In this document: piece by piece, positions 17,652 to 20,000 of the stretch | Numbering within the stretch: position 1 is the stretch's first letter | Layout of the letters: every line of letters begins with the position of its first letter | Source: an uncultured virus (IMG/VR IMGVR_UViG_3300025446_000005) | Lineage: Duplodnaviria; Heunggongvirae; Uroviricota; Caudoviricetes | Direction: 5' to 3' (one strand) | DNA: 20,000 bases | IMG/VR virus record: IMGVR_UViG_3300025446_000005 | Program-made: the position numbers and the translations under genes | The notes under the pieces: model-generated | Seen by the model: the letters and a program-made list of their open reading frames with translations, nothing else | What the model was told of the DNA's origin: nothing | The model's database searches: none

Positions 17652-17891
17652 TCACCTCTCGAAGAAGCCATGGGACTCGGCATATCCCCTTATGGCCTCG
17701 GCATCGGCGCGCTCCCGCCAGGTGCCGTATTTGATCAGCACGTAGGTGTGGTCCTTGTCGGCCTGGAGGCCCCGCAGGGACTCCGGGCCGGGCACGTACC
17801 TTGCCGTCTCCGGCCTGGCCCACGGCTGGCGCAGGTCGAGCCAGTGGCAGTACTGCTCGTAGCTTCCGGCCAGGATCAGGTGCGTGACCAT
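17652..17891 (-). CDS. Hypothetical protein (79 aa)
   Basis: AGGGA RBS, packed between neighbours. Confidence 0.65.
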   Translation of the reverse strand: MVTHLILAGSYEQYCHWLDLRQPWARPETARYVPGPESLRGLQADKDHTYVLIKYGTWRERADAEAIRGYAESHGFFER

Positions 17892-17898
17892 GCTGTCC

Positions 17899-18669
17899 CT
17901 ACAGGCTGCAAATACCGCCGGATGGCGATCCCGGAACGTCCGCCACGACCGGGGGGTAGGCGGACAGCCTGTTCTCGTGGGGGTAGCCGAACGGGTTCGC
18001 GACGACCCTGGTCCCGCCCATCGTGCGGTCGTATGGGAGGTGGGTGTGCCCGTACACCCACAGCCTCGGCTGCTTCTCCAGGATCAGGCTCGTGAGGTCC
18101 GAGACGAAGAACCGGTTGAGGTTCTCCCTGTCGTCCCTGTAGCGCGGATGGATGGCCAGGATGGACGGGACGTGGTGGGACAGCACGACCGTGCCCTCCC
18201 GGACGAGCCTCCACGCGGCCTCCTGGAAGGCCCCGTTCTCCGTATAGACCCAGTCGGCGAACCCCCTTATCTGAGAGAAGTCGTTGAGCTTGTGCCTGTG
18301 GTACCAGTTTTCCTTGTCGAGCGGGAACCAGAGGGTGCCCCCGAAGAAACGGACGCCCTCGACGGTCTCGTCGCCGTTCCGCAGCCAGTGGAAGTTCGGG
18401 GGCATGGCCTCGGACAGGACGGCCTCCGCCTCCTCCTTGGAGCCGCCGTAGTACTCATGGTTTCCCGCGACGAACACGGCGTGCCTGGCCTTGCTGGAAA
18501 GGAAGCCCAGCACGTCCTTGATGGCTTGGGGGCTTTGTCGGCAGGGGACGACGAGGTCCCCGGGAAGGAGGAGGAAATCGAGGTTCGGCTCGAAGGGGAT
18601 GGTCTTGAGGAACCTGACCGGGTCTGGGTAGAATTCAGAATGTAAATCTGAAAGTAGCTGTGCCTTCAC
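17899..18669 (-). CDS. Calcineurin-like metallophosphoesterase
   Basis: SDLH, PGDL, AGNHEYY, SHH and YGHTH motifs in canonical order. Confidence 0.92.
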   Translation of the reverse strand: MKAQLLSDLHSEFYPDPVRFLKTIPFEPNLDFLLLPGDLVVPCRQSPQAIKDVLGFLSSKARHAVFVAGNHEYYGGSKEEAEAVLSEAMPPNFHWLRNGDETVEGVRFFGGTLWFPLDKENWYHRHKLNDFSQIRGFADWVYTENGAFQEAAWRLVREGTVVLSHHVPSILAIHPRYRDDRENLNRFFVSDLTSLILEKQPRLWVYGHTHLPYDRTMGGTRVVANPFGYPHENRLSAYPPVVADVPGSPSGGICSL

Positions 18670-18917
18670 TTGTTCTTCTCCATGTAGTCTAATACCATTT
18701 TCACCTCATCAATGGTTGCATCTCCTTTAAGAACATTGGCACGATATGAGATGACAAACACGTTTCCTGAAATATACCCTTTACTGTTGTTGATGCGATC
18801 CAAAGAAGGAGAGTTTGGACCCGCTTTACCCCTAGATAAATATAAAGGAATCCCCAGGACTGGACAAATGTCGGGAACCACTATATCTTCAATCTTAATG
18901 GTAGATGCCTCTACCAT
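18666..18917 (-). CDS. HNH-like (beta-beta-alpha-Me) endonuclease, probably N-terminally truncated
   Basis: CPVLGIPL...SPSLDRINNSKGYISGNVFVISYRANVLK; markedly AT-rich relative to the rest of the window. Confidence 0.75.
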   Translation of the reverse strand: MVEASTIKIEDIVVPDICPVLGIPLYLSRGKAGPNSPSLDRINNSKGYISGNVFVISYRANVLKGDATIDEVKMVLDYMEKNK

Positions 18918-18938
18918 ATAATACTGAAAGTCAAAAAA

Positions 18939-19013
<75 letters not shown>

Positions 19014-19048
19014 TTCTATTTAAGGGCGCGGCAGTCAAGATTTGGGCC

Positions 19049-19236
19049 GGGGGCCAACGCCGGTCAGCGGCGTGGTGGACTACCAACCATCATCAACGGC
19101 GAAAACGAACCACCAACCACCGACAACCAACAGTTCCCTAACAGGCTCACGCCCGCAGTGTAACCCTGCCGACTATCTTTATCGTCGGAGGCCAGGTAAG
19201 GCTTTCCGACTAGCCGCGCTCTTCCGGGCGGCCCCC
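19049..19236 (-). ncRNA. Candidate structured non-coding RNA of unknown class
   Basis: Terminal GGGGGCC/GGCCCCC closing stem, internal hairpins (GCGGGC-GUGA-GCCUGU; CCGAC..GUCGG) and a ~55-nt G/U-rich repeat tract; no credible ORF. Confidence 0.55.
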
Positions 19237-19250
19237 GTCAACTTGGCTGC

Positions 19251-19562
19251 CTACTCCTTCTTGGCCGGCACGAGCTCGCCGAGGACGTCCTCGTTGGGCT
19301 CGTATCCCTTGATGGCCGCCACGGCGTTGGTCGCCTTGATGGCCATGTCCAGCTTCCGGCGCTCGCGGGCGATGTTGGATATGAGCCTGTCCAGGGCCAC
19401 GACGTCGTACGTCGGCTCGACCTTCTCCGGCGTGTCGCCCTTCAGTCCGCGATAGGTCGTCCGTGCGGCGGAGTTCTCGTTGCGCAGGCCCTGGAGCTCG
19501 GCGTGCCGCTCGGCCAGCGTCTTCGCCCACGTGAGCCCCTCGTTGATCGTCATCTTTGTCAT
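19251..19562 (-). CDS. Coiled-coil protein resembling the DIP1984/DUF6847 (septicolysin-like) family
   Basis: MTINEGL..AKTLAERHAEL...YDVVALDRLISNIARERRKLDMAIKATNA: two amphipathic helices ending in L..AI...N. GGAGG RBS before ATG 19562. The family is recognised from memory, not by search. Confidence 0.7.
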   Translation of the reverse strand: MTKMTINEGLTWAKTLAERHAELQGLRNENSAARTTYRGLKGDTPEKVEPTYDVVALDRLISNIARERRKLDMAIKATNAVAAIKGYEPNEDVLGELVPAKKE

Positions 19563-19581
19563 GTCCGTTTCCTCCCGAAGC

Positions 19582-19595
19582 ACAATACCGAAAAA
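19582..19595 (-). promoter_or_regulatory. Putative promoter (TTTTTCGGTATTGT)
   Basis: The identical 14-mer also occurs at 3428-3441, upstream of the HU-like gene; both copies are intergenic. Confidence 0.6.
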
Positions 19596-19598
19596 TTC

Positions 19599-19895
19599 GT
19601 GGACCGGTAAGCCGAATTCTGTCCCTCTTGCGAGGTGGCAACCATTCGTCTGGGACGGCCGTCGCCGGCCGCCTCAAGCTCGCTACCCGAGGGTGATGCG
19701 GGCCGGGCAGGCCCTCCCCTCCTATTTGCGATTGCTCCGCATGAAGCTTGCCGCGTTTCACTCCGGACCTAACCGGCTCGTCTCTGTGGCGCTGGTTGTC
19801 ACGCCTTGCGGCGTGCCGGGGCGTTACCCCGCATGCTGCCCTATGGAGTTCGGACTTTCCTCCCCCCCTCACGGGGCGGCGGTTGCCTGGTCCAC
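19599..19895 (-). ncRNA. rnpB: RNase P RNA (bacterial A-type-like, compact, ~297 nt)
   Basis: Universal P4 strands GAGGAAAGUCCGAA and ACAGAAUUCGGCUUA, P1 GUGGACC/GGUCCAC, conserved ACAGAGA, GUGAAA, GGAGCAA..CAAAUAGG, GGGUAG..GCUUGAG and AGACGAAUG. Confidence 0.96.
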
Positions 19896-19898
19896 AAG

Positions 19899-20000
19899 CT
19901 AGGCTGCCTGGAACTCCCCCTGCCTGACCCCCTCCTCGTACCACGAGGCCCAATTGGCCATCTCCCTGAGCGCGAGGTCGGGGTCCAGGTACACCCCCGC
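19899..20000 (-). CDS. C-terminal fragment of an upstream CDS (...AGVYLDPDLALREMANWASWYEEGVRQGEFQAA*)
   Basis: Open GC3-biased frame from the window edge to TAG at 19899-19901, 3 nt before rnpB. Confidence 0.6.
   Translation of the reverse strand, partial: AGVYLDPDLALREMANWASWYEEGVRQGEFQAA

Noticed and set aside
19017..19038. Sigma70 promoter for the tRNA (TTGACT...TAAATA)
   Set aside because: The spacer is only about 10 nt and the AT box lies 3 nt from the mature tRNA 5' end, so the geometry does not fit.
19079..19133. CRISPR or other repeat-spacer array
   Set aside because: There are only 3-4-nt degenerate units, with no constant repeats separated by unique spacers and no cas genes in the window.
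19049..19236. tmRNA or 6S RNA identity for the candidate ncRNA
   Set aside because: It starts GGGGGC but has no T-arm, no 3' CCA and no tag ORF, so it is not tmRNA. The length fits 6S, but the G/U tract does not pair with the 5' half to form the long rod. An Rfam search is still needed.
19210..19953. 247-aa minus-strand ORF
   Set aside because: It runs through the RNase P RNA and out of frame across a better-supported gene, and its composition is Arg/Gly-rich and low-complexity.

Overview
This GC-rich 20 kb window looks like part of a large (jumbo-type) bacteriophage genome; the phage origin is inferred, since no capsid or terminase gene is visible. All supportable genes lie on the minus strand, are tightly packed and are often coupled by ATGA overlaps. 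From left to right it holds: (i) a recombination/replication block with a divergent RecA/UvsX (missed by the ORF track because it runs off the window), a RuvC-like resolvase, a gp32-like SSB, an HU-like protein and a possible HolA-like protein; (ii) a lower-GC cassette with an NPPF methyltransferase, a J-domain protein and a SWIM finger; (iii) small hypotheticals, including an unannotated 36-aa C2H2-like finger and a degenerate ASCH protein; (iv) a DinG/XPD-like helicase; (v) a CBM5/12-repeat fibre/adhesin-like protein next to a 1180-aa multidomain glycosyltransferase-methyltransferase; (vi) a metallophosphoesterase and an AT-rich truncated HNH; (vii) an RNA-centred cluster of a compact RNase P RNA, a DIP1984-like coiled-coil gene, an unexplained ~188-nt structured RNA with a G/U-rich repeat tract, and tRNA-Gly(CCC). 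The best candidate for an undescribed system is the DIP1984-like protein plus its downstream RNA. A recurring GTATT-core motif upstream of many genes suggests a shared promoter element, with several leaderless transcripts.
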